NCBI GenBank assembly: GCA_951406725.2
Contig: OX597815.1
Location: 36,642,001-36,706,000 of the forward strand
Reading direction: 5' to 3'
DNA from: Octopus vulgaris
Lineage: Eukaryota
Length of the DNA: 64,000 nt
Shown here: positions 23,001 through 36,478 of the stretch, piece after piece
Numbering within the stretch: the first letter of the stretch is position 1
Layout of the letters: every line of letters begins with the position of its first letter
Made by a program: the position numbers and the translations under genes
Notes under the pieces: generated by a model
Database searches by the model: none
What the model was told of the DNA's origin: nothing
The model's input: the letters and a program-made list of their open reading frames with translations, nothing else

Positions 23001-25777
23001 CAGTTGTGTTGTCTTTCTTATTTCTTTTTGGCACTTATTCTTTATACCATGTATTTGGCTTCTTCTTTTGTGGGACGACCATGAAGCGTTTAAAAGGAGA
23101 CATTTCTGTCACCAACTCCTTTACGTATGGTCGTTTTACTACAACATCATTGAATGTTGAGGTTCATTTAAAGTTCATCTTGCTACAACCAGATGCTGTG
23201 CCCTACGCCATTCAGAAATTCCTCCACGGTCTTCCTCTCATTCACTTAGTTCAGACATAGGTTCTTCAAATATTGTTGATTCTCCTTTGTGACATGTCAG
23301 TGTTTTTCTTTATCCTTACCTGGCTGCATTCTTTCCTTAGCAGTTTGTTTGCATTATTGGCCTCCCATTACAATGCTAGTTTTATTTTTTTCTTAGCTAT
23401 ACAAGGGTAATTATGATACTCAGGTAGACAAATCAATGATCACGTGGAGTGAACCAATACAAAGAAAGATTATAATATTTTTCATTGATTACTTCAGTAA
23501 TAAATTACCTAAATTATATATTTTCTTCTAATTTTAATGTTATTAAATTGTTATTAAAATTCAAAAACAGAAAAATTATAACTCGGGAGATTTTGTCCTA
23601 TTTTCACACTTTAACTTAGGGGATTTTGTTCCAGGAGTTTTGTCCCAAGGGATTTTGTCTGAGGTAGGGTTCATCCTTGTGGGGCTTTGTCTGGACTCCT
23701 ATCTTTATGCATGAAAGAGGTAGAGATGTGAAAAGTCAAAATAATAATGGTGCAGGACCTGGTGTGCAATTCAATGGTTTATAAGTGTTGATATTAAATT
23801 CAATTGCCAAGTGCAATGTGATAAAATGCTCCATTTTAAATCTTTGTTGCTACCCACTGACTTCTGCTTTGCTTTAGGTGGTACGTTATAATAGGGTAAG
23901 TATGTTGCCATGTAATAATATATGGGCGATGGTGCGAAAGTAAAGTGCATGAGAACCGAATTGATTACACATTAGGTGTTGATAACCTACCAGGGAGTTA
24001 ACAATGTACCTGAATGATTGTAAGTGTTGCTGTTGTTGTTTCACCTCATGTCAGCTATGATCAGGCAGTTCTATGATGGTTGTAGTATTCCAGCCATAGC
24101 CATCCCTCTTTTTTTTTTTTCCACATATGCCTCTGAAATTATATTATCCAACGTGTTCTTCCATTTTAAAGGACGATAGTGTTGGATTTCAGTGAGATTT
24201 AGTTGCTTTTTCTAGTATGTCGAATGACTACTTAGAGACTCCCTTCTGGGCTATCATACCTGCATGTTTAATGAACAGATGTAAGGATAAGTTTGAGAAA
24301 GAAAGAAAAAGACGTGGACAAAGAAAGTAAAGGACAGAGGCAGACAAAGGGAAAGAGACAATGTTTTCATCTGTATATTTAAAAAAAAAAAAAAAGGTCT
24401 AAGAATTCAATAATGACATCAAAAATAGTTTTTTAAATCTTTAAGGAATTACTATTCAACTTACTTGAAATAAAGATAGGATTATTGTCCAGAAGCAACA
24501 TTAGAACATCACCCATGCAAAATAAGCTTTCCTTGAAAATCGCCAAAGCAGAGGAAATACTTTTGTTTGTCAGGGAATCATAGTGTTCAAGTGAATAATT
24601 GTCAGGGAATCATAGTGTTCAAGTGAATAATTGCCAGTGGTTGAAGTGTTGTTTATAGTAATGGTGCAGTATGAAACCAGCAGGACCTGGTGTGCAATTC
24701 AATGGTTTATAAGTGTTGATATTAAATCTTCTTGCTTGGAGAAAACAGCAGTAGTAGTTCGTATAGGTGTGACTATACAGTGTAATGGTAACTGTAGTAA
24801 TGTGACTGTAACTAATTATGTAGAAGTGATTGTGTTGAGGGTGGCAGTGCTGTAGTGATGTAATAGCAGTGTAGTGGTGGAGTAGTGGTTACCTTAGTTC
24901 TCTATTACAATTTCATTTCACACCATGAATGCTTTATAGAGATGTTCAATTGACATCTGTACTTGACTGGCAGGTAACCTTGGAAGGATGGTAGATAAAG
25001 CAGACTTCAGTAGGATTTGACCTAAGAAGGCATAAGGCTGTAACACCGTAAGCGTTTTGTCCAAGTCCAACGCTTTAATGATTCTGCCAGTATTCTGCAC
25101 TAATGTGATTGTGAATTTTATTGCATGGCATAGAATGCTGTGGCTGTAGTAAAGTGGTGATGGTGTCAATGTGACGTGGCAGTATTGTGCTGTCAGCTGC
25201 TGTAGTAAGGAATTAATTATATAAATTTGGTCGTAGCTGTTAAAGTGTAGCGAAGGCTGGGATAGAGTGGTGTTGGTTTTGCTCAAAAAGTCCAGGAATC
25301 GATACCACAATCTTATGATCATGAGCCCGACACCTCTACTCATTAAACCATGCGCCTCTTTTAAATATAAAGATAGAGTAGAGTGATTTTCAAGATCTTT
25401 TAGTTTATCAGTTCATTTGTAACTTCATCATGAATATGCCACCAACACATGTGGTGGAGATAGCCTGGTTACATGTAGGAACAGTGGGGTAGCTAGAATG
25501 CATGCCGCCTGGGTCAGCTCTTGAGTTTGCCATCCTTGGATCTCCAAATACACACAGGGTTACTCAGCAGATTCAAAAGTGCTTTCCCCATGAAAACGTT
25601 CCCCAGCTACAACAGGTCATACAACAATATAAATACAAATTCACCGACACAGATACAACAGACGCAACACATATTAAAAATGCACAAATCACTCAAATAA
25701 ATAAACTATAAAAACCAAATGTACTCAGGTTATAAAATGGATGGAGATCTTATTAACAGTCTTATAATTCAGAACAT

Positions 25778-26372
25778 AATTGGCATCACTCAGCAAGACT
25801 TTTGTTAGCCGCTCTCCAGCCATCTATTTAAAACTGTATACAGCTATGGTACGACCACACTTGGAATTCGCATCATCAGTTTGGAACCCCTATCTTGCTC
25901 AGAACATTGACCTCCTGGAATCTGTTCAGAGACGTGCAACCAAACGCATACCCTCCATCAGACACCTACCATATTCTGAGCGCCTTGTTTCCCTGGGCAT
26001 GGATTCACTGAAGCTCCGGCGTCTGGCGACGGACTTGGTAAACGCCCACAAAGTTGTCAACCACCTCACCAATAACAACACTGAACACCTTTTTGATCTC
26101 CATGTGTCTAACACACGTGGACATGCCTACAAAGTCAGAAAACAACACAGCTCCCATGACTTTCGGAAACATTTCTTCACACTCAGAGTTGCTGAAGCAT
26201 GGAATAAACTGCCTGCGTCAGTTGTTGACTGCCATGACACTGCATCCTTTAAGGCCCTCATGCTTTCCGAAATCCGTCGAAACTACACTTGATTATATAT
26301 ACACTTTCGATGAGTTGTAGTGCACCTGAGCACTGTACACAATGTTTATTATTATTATTATTATTATTATTA
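25778..26372 (+). mobile_element. 3' fragment of a second CR1-group LINE with a (TTA)n tail
   Basis: LYTAMVRPHLEFASSVWNP, LESVQRRATK, YSERL, NTRGH, FFTLRVAEAWNKLP. Confidence 0.9.
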
Positions 26373-27105
26373 TAACCTGTAGCACATTTAAACATAAACT
26401 CATAGAATATATTGCTTATGTTAAAATGTGCTACAGCACCAGAATAAAAAATATCCTTATTAACATGAAAAAAACCCCCAAAAACTCCCACTAACTAGCA
26501 AACCACAGGACATTCTTCAGACAGTCAATGCAATCTACAAATTTCAATGCATGCATAAAAGTTACAAACTTCATGACTCAAACTGTAATATCAGCTAGCC
26601 ACATGAGTCCGACACTTTTTCGTCAGTTGAACACGCATTTAAAAGAAGCCATTATAACTCCTTATAATTCAGTATACAAAACAAAATTGGCTATTCTAGA
26701 ATAGCACTAGCTGACAGCACTACATGTAAATACAGAATTATACAAAAAGTAAGAATAGTTTTGGAAGCTTTACAGATGCAAAAACAAACATAAACTAAAC
26801 ACACATATGCGCAACGTTTAAATACATCATCATATCATTAAACATTATTATTACATAATTTTTGATCCGACGCTGATGATTTTATCAATTATTCAATTAT
26901 TCTCAAGACCCTTTGAAACTTTGCATGGTGAATTGCTATCAAGACAATTTTATTTTGAAAATGATGTTGTAATTTTTGCAGCACCAGATGACTAGATTAA
27001 GGAGCGTTATTGTTCCAAACTAAAGTTTAAAAGACCAATAATGTAATATGAAAATAAGCTTGATAAAATATACCAAACATGCACATAGTCGTGTTTTTAG
27101 TTAAT

Positions 27106-27137
<32 letters not shown>

Positions 27138-28097
27138 TGTATGTATGTATGTATGTATGTATGTATGTATGTATGTATGTATGTATGTATGTGTGTATGT
27201 ATGTATGCTTGTGTGTATGTTTATGCATCTGTGCATATGTGTGCATACATACATATACATATATACATTGTATATATATATATATATATATAAAAACTAT
27301 GCATATATATATATATATATATGCACATCTCCCTACCTACCAACATTCTTACCTATCTATCTATCTGTCTGTTTGTCTGTCTATCTATCTATCTACATAT
27401 ATATATATATATTATAAACACACACACATCTGTACATATATATATATATATATATATAGCTAAGCATATACGCATATACACACATACTCATTATTTAAGT
27501 AATGTATGTATGTATGCATGCATAATTTGAACTTATGGCACTTTGAAGGTTTTTATAAAAAAGATAAACTTCTCTCCTATTTCACTGAACAAATTTTCTC
27601 AGTTCAACCCAGATCAGGTTACTAAAGGGTGGATATAGTGTTGTGTAGAAGTACACCTGACTGTAATTTTCCATGCAGTTTACCTATGGTGATTAGATTA
27701 AAAGCTATAAGAAAAATTTTAAAATGTTTTTCTTGTAATAATTCCCTTCGTACTCTTTTTTTTATATTTCTTTCTTCATGTGTCTGTGCGTGTATGCGTG
27801 CGTGCATGTGTGTGTGTATGTGTGGGGTGTGTATGTGTGTGTGCAGGGGCGGACCCAAAGAGTGGGTTGAGGGGCACTTCCTCACCTCTAGGGAAGAAGC
27901 GTGCCCTTCTAGATAATGTTATTACATCCCATTCTTCTGGAATTGTATTCCCTTCTGACCTTGTGCCCTCCCTTCGGAAAATCTTTCGGACTGCACCGGG
28001 TGTGTGTGTTTGTGTATGTGTATCTAATCTGTGAACATGTCTGTGAATGATTGGGTGGATTAAGTCTCATGAGAGGCATTTACATCAGAATTAAATA

Positions 28098-28176
<79 letters not shown>

Positions 28177-28238
28177 GGAGGAGGAGGAGGAGGTAGAGGA
28201 AGATGAGGAGGATGACAACAACAATAATAATAATAAAG
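28098..28238. repeat. (GAT)n/(GAG)n/(AAT)n microsatellite
   Basis: Directly visible in the sequence. Confidence 0.95.
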
Positions 28239-28432
28239 ATAACATACAGAAAATTGCACTACTATATACCATACAGAAAAGTGCACTACTTGGCACTGCA
28301 CACATCCTAAGCAAAACACTTTCAATACAGTAACCATAAGAGCATCAAACCAAACCAAAGCACATGCCCAAGGCACACAGGGCTGCGCTTGGTAGAGAAG
28401 TGAAAGCACATTATAAAAATAAAGCTATTGAA
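28239..28432 (+). mobile_element. 3' end of the same R4/Dong-like element, again in (AAT)n
   Basis: Matches ~7403-7566, with a short tandem duplication of ACAGAAAA.TGCACTACT at its 5' end. Confidence 0.85.
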
Positions 28433-28457
28433 TAATAATAATAATAATAATAATAAT

Positions 28458-29037
28458 GGTTTCAAATTTTGCCACAAGGGCAGCAATTTGCGGGGAGGGG
28501 ATGAGTCGATTACATCGACTCCAGTGTTCAACTGGTACTTATTTAATCGACCCCAAAAGGATGAAAGGTAAAGTCGACCTCGGTGGAATTTGAACTCAGA
28601 ACGTAACGGCAGACGAAATACCTATTTCTTTATTACCCACAAGGGGCTAAACACAGAGGGGACAAACAAGGACAGACACACGGATTAAGTCGATTACATC
28701 GACCCAGTGTGTAATTGGTACTTATTTAATCGACCCCGAAAGAATGAAAGGCAAAGTCGACCTCGGCGGAATTTGAACTCAGAACGTAACAGCAGACGAA
28801 ATACCTATTTCTTTACTACCCACAAGGGGCTAAGCACAGAGGGGACAAACAAGGACAGACACACGGATTAAGTCGGTTACATCGACCCAGTGCATAACTG
28901 GTACTTAATTTATCGACCCCGAAAGGATGAAAGGCAAAGTCGACCTCGGCGGAATTTGAACTCAGAACGTAACGGCAGACGAAATACCGCTCAGCATTTC
29001 GCCTGGCGTGCTAACATTTCTGCCAGCTCGCCGCCTT
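28458..29037 (-). mobile_element. SINE family B trimer
   Basis: One tRNA-like head and three head-to-tail bodies joined at AAAGAAATA|GGTATTTCGTCTG. Confidence 0.9.
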
Positions 29038-29169
29038 AGTAGTAGTAGTAGTAGTAGTAGTAATAGTAGTAGTAGTAGTAATAGTAGTAGTAGTAGTGGT
29101 GGTGGTGGTGGTGGTGGTGGTAGTGGTGGTAGTAGCAGCAGCAGCAGCAGCAGCAGTAGTGTTAGTAGC

Positions 29170-29208
<39 letters not shown>

Positions 29209-29233
29209 GATGGTGGTGGTGGTGGTAGTAGTT

Positions 29234-31150
29234 GATTTCTTTTATTTGCCACCAGGGCTAAGGATGAGGGGGATAACACAAAAACAGATATAAAGTGTGG
29301 GGATTTACATATAATGGAATGATAAATAGAAATAAAAAGATAAAAGTAAGACGTATACTCAGTATACATTACAAGAAGTTAAGTATACATAATATACAAC
29401 AATATGTAAAAAGAAATTTGTGATAGGGATCCTCCTGATGCAGGAGGACCCTTTTCCAACTTCTTTCTTCTGACTCACAGCTCTACACTGAGAGGAGTGA
29501 CACCGCCCACTCTTGTCATTTTCGCAACTTTCACCCACTTCTTCATAAATTCACTCAAGGACAGCACCTCCCTCACCACCCTCACTTTCCTTTTCAAGTG
29601 AAACTTGGAAAAGTCCATGAGGGCTTTACCGAAGAGGAATGTCTCTGTCCTCATTCCTTCCAGCCTCGTCTACCAGGCAACATCTTTCGTCACAGCAACC
29701 AAGCAAAGGAAAACTGCCCGATTAAAGGGGGGCGACAGGGCAATCATCACTATGGACTCAGACAACAGACAGATCTGTCCCACACGCGGCAGCAGCTGCT
29801 CGACATAACTCCACAAGTCAGCAATTACAGGACACTGAACGAGTTGCGTGCAACTCGGACAAGCCCGTCTGACAGCACATCCATGACTGTAGAGTTTATC
29901 TCGAACCGGTAGCGCCCCCCCCCAGTAGCACTGCCAAGCTAAAGACATCTGGAAATTATCCATAATAGTCCCCGACCGGAAAGTCCTCCGGAACAGACTA
30001 GTCATTTCAGCTTCGTCAACGCTCAGAGTCTCCCCTAGGACGTTGTCGCCCTTCCCCACCACTAATCCTCTATAAATAGCTAAAGTGGAACATCCACCGA
30101 TCCAATTGCCCGACTGGTAGAGGACAGTGAGCGCCTGGCGACATTCTGGGTGCCAGGCGCCCAGTCTTGGTCTATCCTTCGTCCAGGACTACAGCTCCAT
30201 CAAAGAGACGAGTTGCGGAAGCACATGCCTCACAAACGGAGCCCATACGTGTTCACCTTCAAGAAATCGTTGCAGGTGGCGAAACCTGAGCACATGTCTG
30301 CGCATCAAAAGCCACGGCATACCTACGCCACCACTCAGAGAGAGTTGACAGCAGGTTGACCGCCTGACCATTGGAACGTGTCCCTTCCACAAGAACTTGA
30401 ACAAGAGACGCTTCAGCTTGATCAAGCAATAACTGGGGCAAGGCACGACGGTCAGACGATAAATGATAATGGCGGCGATGTAGGCATTCGTCACCTCTGC
30501 CTGGCCTTTCAAGGACATTTTCCTCTTGGACTATTTCTGGGTAGGACCGGCCATCCTATTCGTCACCTTGTCCCAGTTTTTATTCACTTGGAGGTTGGGA
30601 CCAAACCAGACCCCGAGAAGTTTAACTGGTCCGTCAGTCCAGCATCCGATGACGCCGTCTGACGGCATCGATCAGTCTCTCCAGGTACCCAGTTGCAATC
30701 CCTCCGACTTCTCGGCATTGATTTTAGCCTCTGCAACCGACTTATATACTTCTAGAAGGGAGCCGACCGCCTCCACTTTGGAGGTGTCCGACACCATGAT
30801 GGTGGTGTCGTCCGTGTATGTAGACACGGCTCTTCCTAATCTCAGTTCGAAAGGGATGCCCCTCACTTGTTCGAACTTCCGCAGCTCGAAAGCCAGCACA
30901 TACAGAAGAGTTGACAACGGGCAGCCCTGACGGACCGAGCGTGTGATGCTAAACGGTTCCGATAGATGGCCATTTACCTTGACCACTGAGTAGGTACCGC
31001 TGTGCATTGCAACGATCCAGCCTCTGAAAACGGGTCCGAAACCGGCCACTTTAAGGACGGTTTCCAGGTAGCGATGCTCGACCCTTACGAATGCTTTTGA
31101 TTGATCCAAATTGATCAGGGCCCCACCGAAGCCAGCTTTAGTCCCAGCCA
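29234..31150 (-). mobile_element. 5'-truncated Tx1/L1-clade LINE with disrupted RT ORF
   Basis: LDQSKAF, RQGCPLS, YTDD, KINAEKS (30672-31150), GGVGMP, LPVRDKL..CPSC. The 3' end abuts an (AGT/GGT)n tract. Confidence 0.9.
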
Positions 31151-31416
31151 GTGGCAGCTCGTGTATAGGCACTGCGGAACTGCAATACCCCTTATTTCTA
31201 CTCGATATTATCACTAACATTTAATATAATCAGTCCTTTTTCTTTAATTCTTTCTTTGTACTTGTACATTATATAACCCTTAAGCTTAATGTCAGTAGCC
31301 AGCCCCTAGTTTATGAAAAGAATACTGAAATCCTTGTAGTATTTGGATGCTTGGATGTTGTGCGCATGCTCACATATCCAAGATAGGAAGCTGTACACTA
31401 GGGAGAGAGAGCACAG

Positions 31417-31461
<45 letters not shown>

Positions 31462-31858
31462 CAAATATTGGTATAAATGTGAACTTATAATCTGGGTATA
31501 AAAGCTGGGGTTTTTGAAATTGTCTGTAGTTATCCTCTTTCTTTTTGATTTTTTGAAGAGATATTCACATCAGCAGGACATGTTTTTTTCCCTCTACATA
31601 TACGGCCTGTTATGTTTGTACTTGATAGAAGTTTTGATGTATGTATGTATGTATGTATGTATGTATGTATGTATGTATGTATGTATGTATGTATGTCTCT
31701 CTGTATGTATGTATGTATGTATGTAAGCAAAGATCATGCCGGAGGAAGTTTGTTGCCTTATGCGACACACAATGAAGAAAGACCTACGTTTATGTCAAAG
31801 TATTATTTATATGTATGTGAACATGTATGTCTATATATGCGGTTACATAATATTTATT

Positions 31859-33458
31859 AAATTCCCTCTTAAATTGAAATGTCTTAGACTTACTTCTGTG
31901 CTATTTCCACCTCCATCTTTTATATATAAAAATTTTATTTGTATAGATCTCTAATCTTTTTTCAACTATTATAAACTATATAAATCCGGAAAATGGCACC
32001 GAATACCAAAAATCAAGACTCAAATGTAAATTAAGGAATCCTAAAAGAACTGCAAAACATAAATGGAAAACTCTATCAGAAAAACTCGAGAAGATACTCA
32101 ACCCTACCCTCGATACCAAGAGCGAAAACAACGACATGTTTGGAAAAAACTTTTAAGAACAAGGGAAAATTTACATTTTGGAACATGGTGAAAAACTGGA
32201 ATCTATGAGAAATAGCTAAAGTCCACCTCACTAATCTTGCCCCGAAAATTTCAAATAAAACCCATGACTAATGAGCCAGATCAACAAATAAAACTACGGG
32301 AACAAATGTCTCTCAATAGAATAGACTTGGAAATTGAACTCTTAAAATTAAGCGTCACAACAAAAGATATCGATCAACAAATAGAAGAATGTACCAAAAA
32401 ATATGGGGGAACCAACTTACAACACTTCCTAAAACTCTGGAAACTGGACTGTGAACATGGGAATATACGAGATATGGTTCCTTAAATACGAAGAAGAATT
32501 TAAAAAAATACTCACCACAGACAACCCTATCATCAAAAAACAGAACAAAACACGAAACCCTACAGAAACAATCAGACCGTCATACACAACACACCTAACC
32601 CACAAACACAATACCCCGCAACCCAAATCAAATACACTCAACTACAACCAAAGTAAAACCACCCCAAACACAACAACACAAATATTCCCCAAATTTCCTC
32701 GCATAAATCCAAATCCAGAAATAACAAAAACCAACCTTATAACACAAGCACTCTAAACTTTGGAAGAGGTACACTCGGATTACTGAAGGCTACATCAGGC
32801 CCCCTAATAAACTATAACTGCAACAAGTACCCCCACCGGAACCACAGTCACTACAGCATAAGCACAACGGCCATTGGAAGAGACCCACTCAAACTACCAA
32901 GACCCCTCAGAACCCCAACAAGACTGCAACACATAGCAACTACAGCAGACCCCGCTCTCAGCACACTCACCATCAAAAACGGCCCTACAGACCCACTCAA
33001 AACAGACCGACAACAAATATCAACTACACTCAAAGTTACATTCCTTTTTTTTAGCACAAAGACAGAAATACCAGGTCACACGTTGCATCCCCACCCCTAC
33101 TAAAGGTAATTAACCTTTCAAAAAAACAATTAATTGACACCCAAATAGAAGTTCTAAGTAAAGGGACTGAAGTTTACACCCACAAAGACCAAACTTTGAG
33201 ATTCAAACTGAAATTCAAACTGAAAACGATACTACAGAATTCTGCCGAAAACTCAGATTGGCTGAATACTCCACCACCAACTCTAATGATGAGGACGAAT
33301 CACTAGCCAAAAACAAAAGCAGCTTTTGCTCAAATAAGGGATTAAACAAAGCACTGGTCTCCTACTGTGAATATATTATGAACTTCCCCCTTTGAAATTC
33401 CCTCTTAAATTGAACTTTCTTAGACTTACTTCTGTGCTATTTCCACCTCTATCTTTTA
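31859..33458 (+). mobile_element. Penelope-like element fragment bounded by ~63-bp direct repeats
   Basis: AAATTCCCTCTTAAATTGAA..CTTAGACTTACTTCTGTGCTATTTCCACCTC at 31859 and ~33395. VINLSKKQLIDTQIEVLSK(fs)GLKFTPT and EFCRKLRL from ~33106 are typical of the region upstream of the PLE RT. Confidence 0.75.
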
Positions 33459-33499
33459 CACACACATACATATGAGAGAGAGGGGGGAAGAAAGGAAGG

Positions 33500-33523
33500 A
33501 ATAAATAAATAAAGAAATAAATA

Positions 33524-33612
<89 letters not shown>
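33500..33612. repeat. (AAAT)n/(GAAA)n microsatellite
   Basis: Directly visible in the sequence. Confidence 0.95.
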
Positions 33613-33614
<2 letters not shown>

Positions 33615-33651
33615 GAAAAGAGAGCGGGTGGAGAAATTACTGCTGCAGTTC

Positions 33652-33698
33652 TTCATGACTGACCCGTTTCATCCCTGTTGGGAATCTTCAGACACAAG
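33652..33698 (-). ncRNA. Minimal hammerhead ribozyme (intact core, weak stem I)
   Basis: Minus strand reads CUUGUGU-CUGAAGA-UUCCC(AACA)GGGAU-GAAAC-GG-GUC-AGUCAUG. Confidence 0.6.
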
Positions 33699-34326
33699 CT
33701 CACAATTAGCTTCTCATGCGCTCTTGGGCTCATTGGCCAGTAAGTTGACAGCACTGGTTTCTATTGGCTCCGGTTTTATCTGCATCCGGGTGTGATATTG
33801 TTCTCTCTCATGTCGGTTATGAATGTACTGAACAATGTACTTTTCGGTCTCCCCCCGCTCTCTCTTTCCTTCTGGTGGTAGCCGTTTGAAAGCTGTTTTA
33901 GAATGCCGTTGTTCTGGTAGCCGGACTACCAGGTGACCTATCGGTTTTAATCATCGTTCTGTTATATCGCTTAGTAGTCTTGTGTTGGCTTTCTTTATAA
34001 TATCTTCATTGAATTATGTGTGAGTATGAGTACATGTGGGTGTGAGAATGTGTGCATTGCTGTTTTATACGGAGTGATTGTTTCATTTGTGGCTTCTGCT
34101 ATTATTGCTGTATTTCACATTGCTTCTACTGTTTGTCGTAACTTCTTTTCTAATGTTGTTTTGGTGACACCTTTGTAGTAATTGTTGCAGCTTTTGTTAT
34201 TTTCGTCAAGGTTGTTATTGGTGTAACTGTCGCTGCTGTGATTGCAGTTGGCAGGATGTTGGTAGCGGTGGTGGAAGGTGGTGCTACACTCTCACCTTCT
34301 TCGCTATGAAGGAAAATGCTGTACCA

Positions 34327-34559
34327 GAAGGCGGCGAGCTGGCAGAAACGTTAGCACACCGGGCGAAATGCGTAGCCGTATTTCGTCTGTCGTTACGCTG
34401 TGAGTTCAAATTCCGCCGAGGTCGACTTTGCCTTTCATCCTTTCGGGGTCGATAAATTAAGTACCAGTTACGCACTGGGGTCGATGTAATCGACTTAATA
34501 CCTATGTCTGTCCTTGTTTGTCCCCTCTGTGTTTAGCCCCTTGTGGGTAATAAAGAAAT
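34327..34559 (+). mobile_element. Young SINE family B with TSD
   Basis: TSD AGGAAAATGCTGTACCA at 34310-34326 and 34560-34576. CpGs intact. Confidence 0.92.
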
Positions 34560-34679
34560 AGGAAAATGCTGTACCATGATCTCTTTTGTCAAGAATATGA
34601 CACGCAGGTTATGTACTCACGACGATCAGTTGCATCTGTTCAATTTCTTTGAAGTGTAAATAATATTAGATGCCTACAG

Positions 34680-35370
34680 CTCTTTATAAAAACCCAGCTT
34701 CTCGTTCAGGAGTCTTTGGTTCCAGACCTTTTAAAGTCTAGCCACTGACCACAAAGACATAGCCAGTTCCAGCGACAACATCACCACCACAGCAGCTATG
34801 TTGAGACTTACCAACTTCATCCAACAACTTTTATGGCAGCCTCCCTTCTTCGTCGCCACCATCATGTCCTTAACGTCGTCAACATCATCTCTATACGTAC
34901 ACAGTTCAGCAAGTAATTCACCCAGGTACCAGCACTTTTCTGCTCGTGAATTACTTCACCGCGGACAAACAGCGAATCTACAGCCTGTATGAACTCCTGT
35001 ACAAGTGACCTAGGCAGCAGCATCACTGCCACAACTTCACGTTCGACATGTACTTGTGACCGTCTCAGCATCGTGACCGCGACTTCTTGATGCAGTGTTT
35101 CAACTACAGTGTACTATTGACTACGAGCTGGTATTCTTATCTTTCTTGTGTCTATGAACTTATTTCTCACTTTGATGGCTACAGACTCTTTCACTGTCTC
35201 TTCTTCATTGCCATCCTTATATGTTCTTAACACGCGCATACATCTATGCTTACACACACACATACATTTTGTTCTCATGACGGCCTGTCTATTATTCTGT
35301 ATACGTGACGCACACACAAACACACGTTAACATATCAATAAATCTTCTCTTAATCATTCTTCGCGATCGT
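34680..35370 (+). mobile_element. Solo-LTR-like interspersed repeat
   Basis: TATAAAA near 34685, AATAAA near 35337, and similarity to 22235-23000. Confidence 0.4.
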
Positions 35371-35929
35371 CTCCTTTTCCCTCTAGCACATACATGAGTT
35401 CTATTAATTTCACTTTGTCGTATCGGTCGTGTGATGTGGTACAAGAGAGCCATTCTCGTCACCTCACATCACACGGACTTTACAAATTTTCTGTTCGTTG
35501 TACAAACTTTTTCTCTGATGACAAACTATTTTGTCTCGCTTGATCAAAGTTTTCGCCATAGTTCTGCAGTATGATTTAATGTGTCCTTTGTTCCCACAAC
35601 GAAAACACTTTGGCTTTTTTTGAACGGACACTCTTTTCTCAGGTGCCTACCACCGCATGCCATATTTGGGTTTATCTCCTGTTGTATATCGTGTTTTTTG
35701 TGAAACACTTTATCTGCCATCCGACTCTTCCACACTGGTTTTATCTGTAAGCAATCTCTTCGTTGAATTTCATTCGTGTTGTGCCTTGCTTTTAATCCTA
35801 TATGGCACTCTTCTGTCAGTTTATGGAGAGTTATAGCCTGGATCCTTTCCAGCTTTGTGAGAATTTTCGTTCTGACTTCTTCAGCTAAAAATAGCCGTAA
35901 GTCTATATATTTTTATGATTGTACCTTAT

Positions 35930-36057
35930 AATCTCTGACGAGGCCTAGAGATATATATAAGTACCTCATTTTCAACTGCCTATTACCTCAATACACTTGA
36001 CTAATATAGGCAGAATGAGATGCTTTTATCTATGGGCTGAAACAGCTGTAAGTGATT
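35930..36057 (+). ncRNA. Type I hammerhead ribozyme with very long stem II
   Basis: CUGACGA at 35935, ~97-nt irregular hairpin, GAAAC at 36039, palindromic ACAGCUGU, cleavage triplet GUA at 36048-36050. Confidence 0.8.
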
Positions 36058-36226
36058 TTAATTTATATTCATGTTTTTTTAATAATTCTTGTATTCTTGT
36101 ATTCTTATTTTATATGCAGAGAATAATATGCTATATGTATGTATGTTATAATTATCATTTTAGTAAATAAATAAGTTAACATTTTGATGTCCTAAAGTTG
36201 GTGAACCAACTATTGTGCTTATTTGC

Positions 36227-36257
<31 letters not shown>

Positions 36258-36269
<12 letters not shown>

Positions 36270-36478
36270 TTGTGTGTCTGTGTTTGTCCCCCCAACATTG
36301 CTTGACAACCGATGCTGTTGTGTTTACTTCCCTGTAACTTAGCGGTTCGGCAAAAGTTACCGATAGAATAAGTACTAGGCTTACAAAGAATAATTCCCGG
36401 AGTCGATTTGCTCGACTACAGGCGGTGCTCCAGCATGGCCACAGTCAAATGACTGACACAAGTAAAAGAGTAAAGAGA
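36258..36478 (+). mobile_element. SINE family A 3' half
   Basis: Shared body and tail with other copies. Confidence 0.85.

Noticed and set aside
24630-26372. Twin-primed inversion linking a minus-strand APE-like remnant (24.6-25.4 kb) to the plus-strand LINE 3' end
   Set aside because: The remnant is much more decayed and is separated by unrelated sequence. No TSD was found.
28458-29037. Regularly spaced repeats resembling a CRISPR array
   Set aside because: The units are ~180-bp SINE bodies with no unique spacers and no cas genes, in a eukaryotic context.
34327-34420. tRNA genes at SINE heads
   Set aside because: A and B boxes are present, but there is no complete cloverleaf and the sequence continues into the SINE body.
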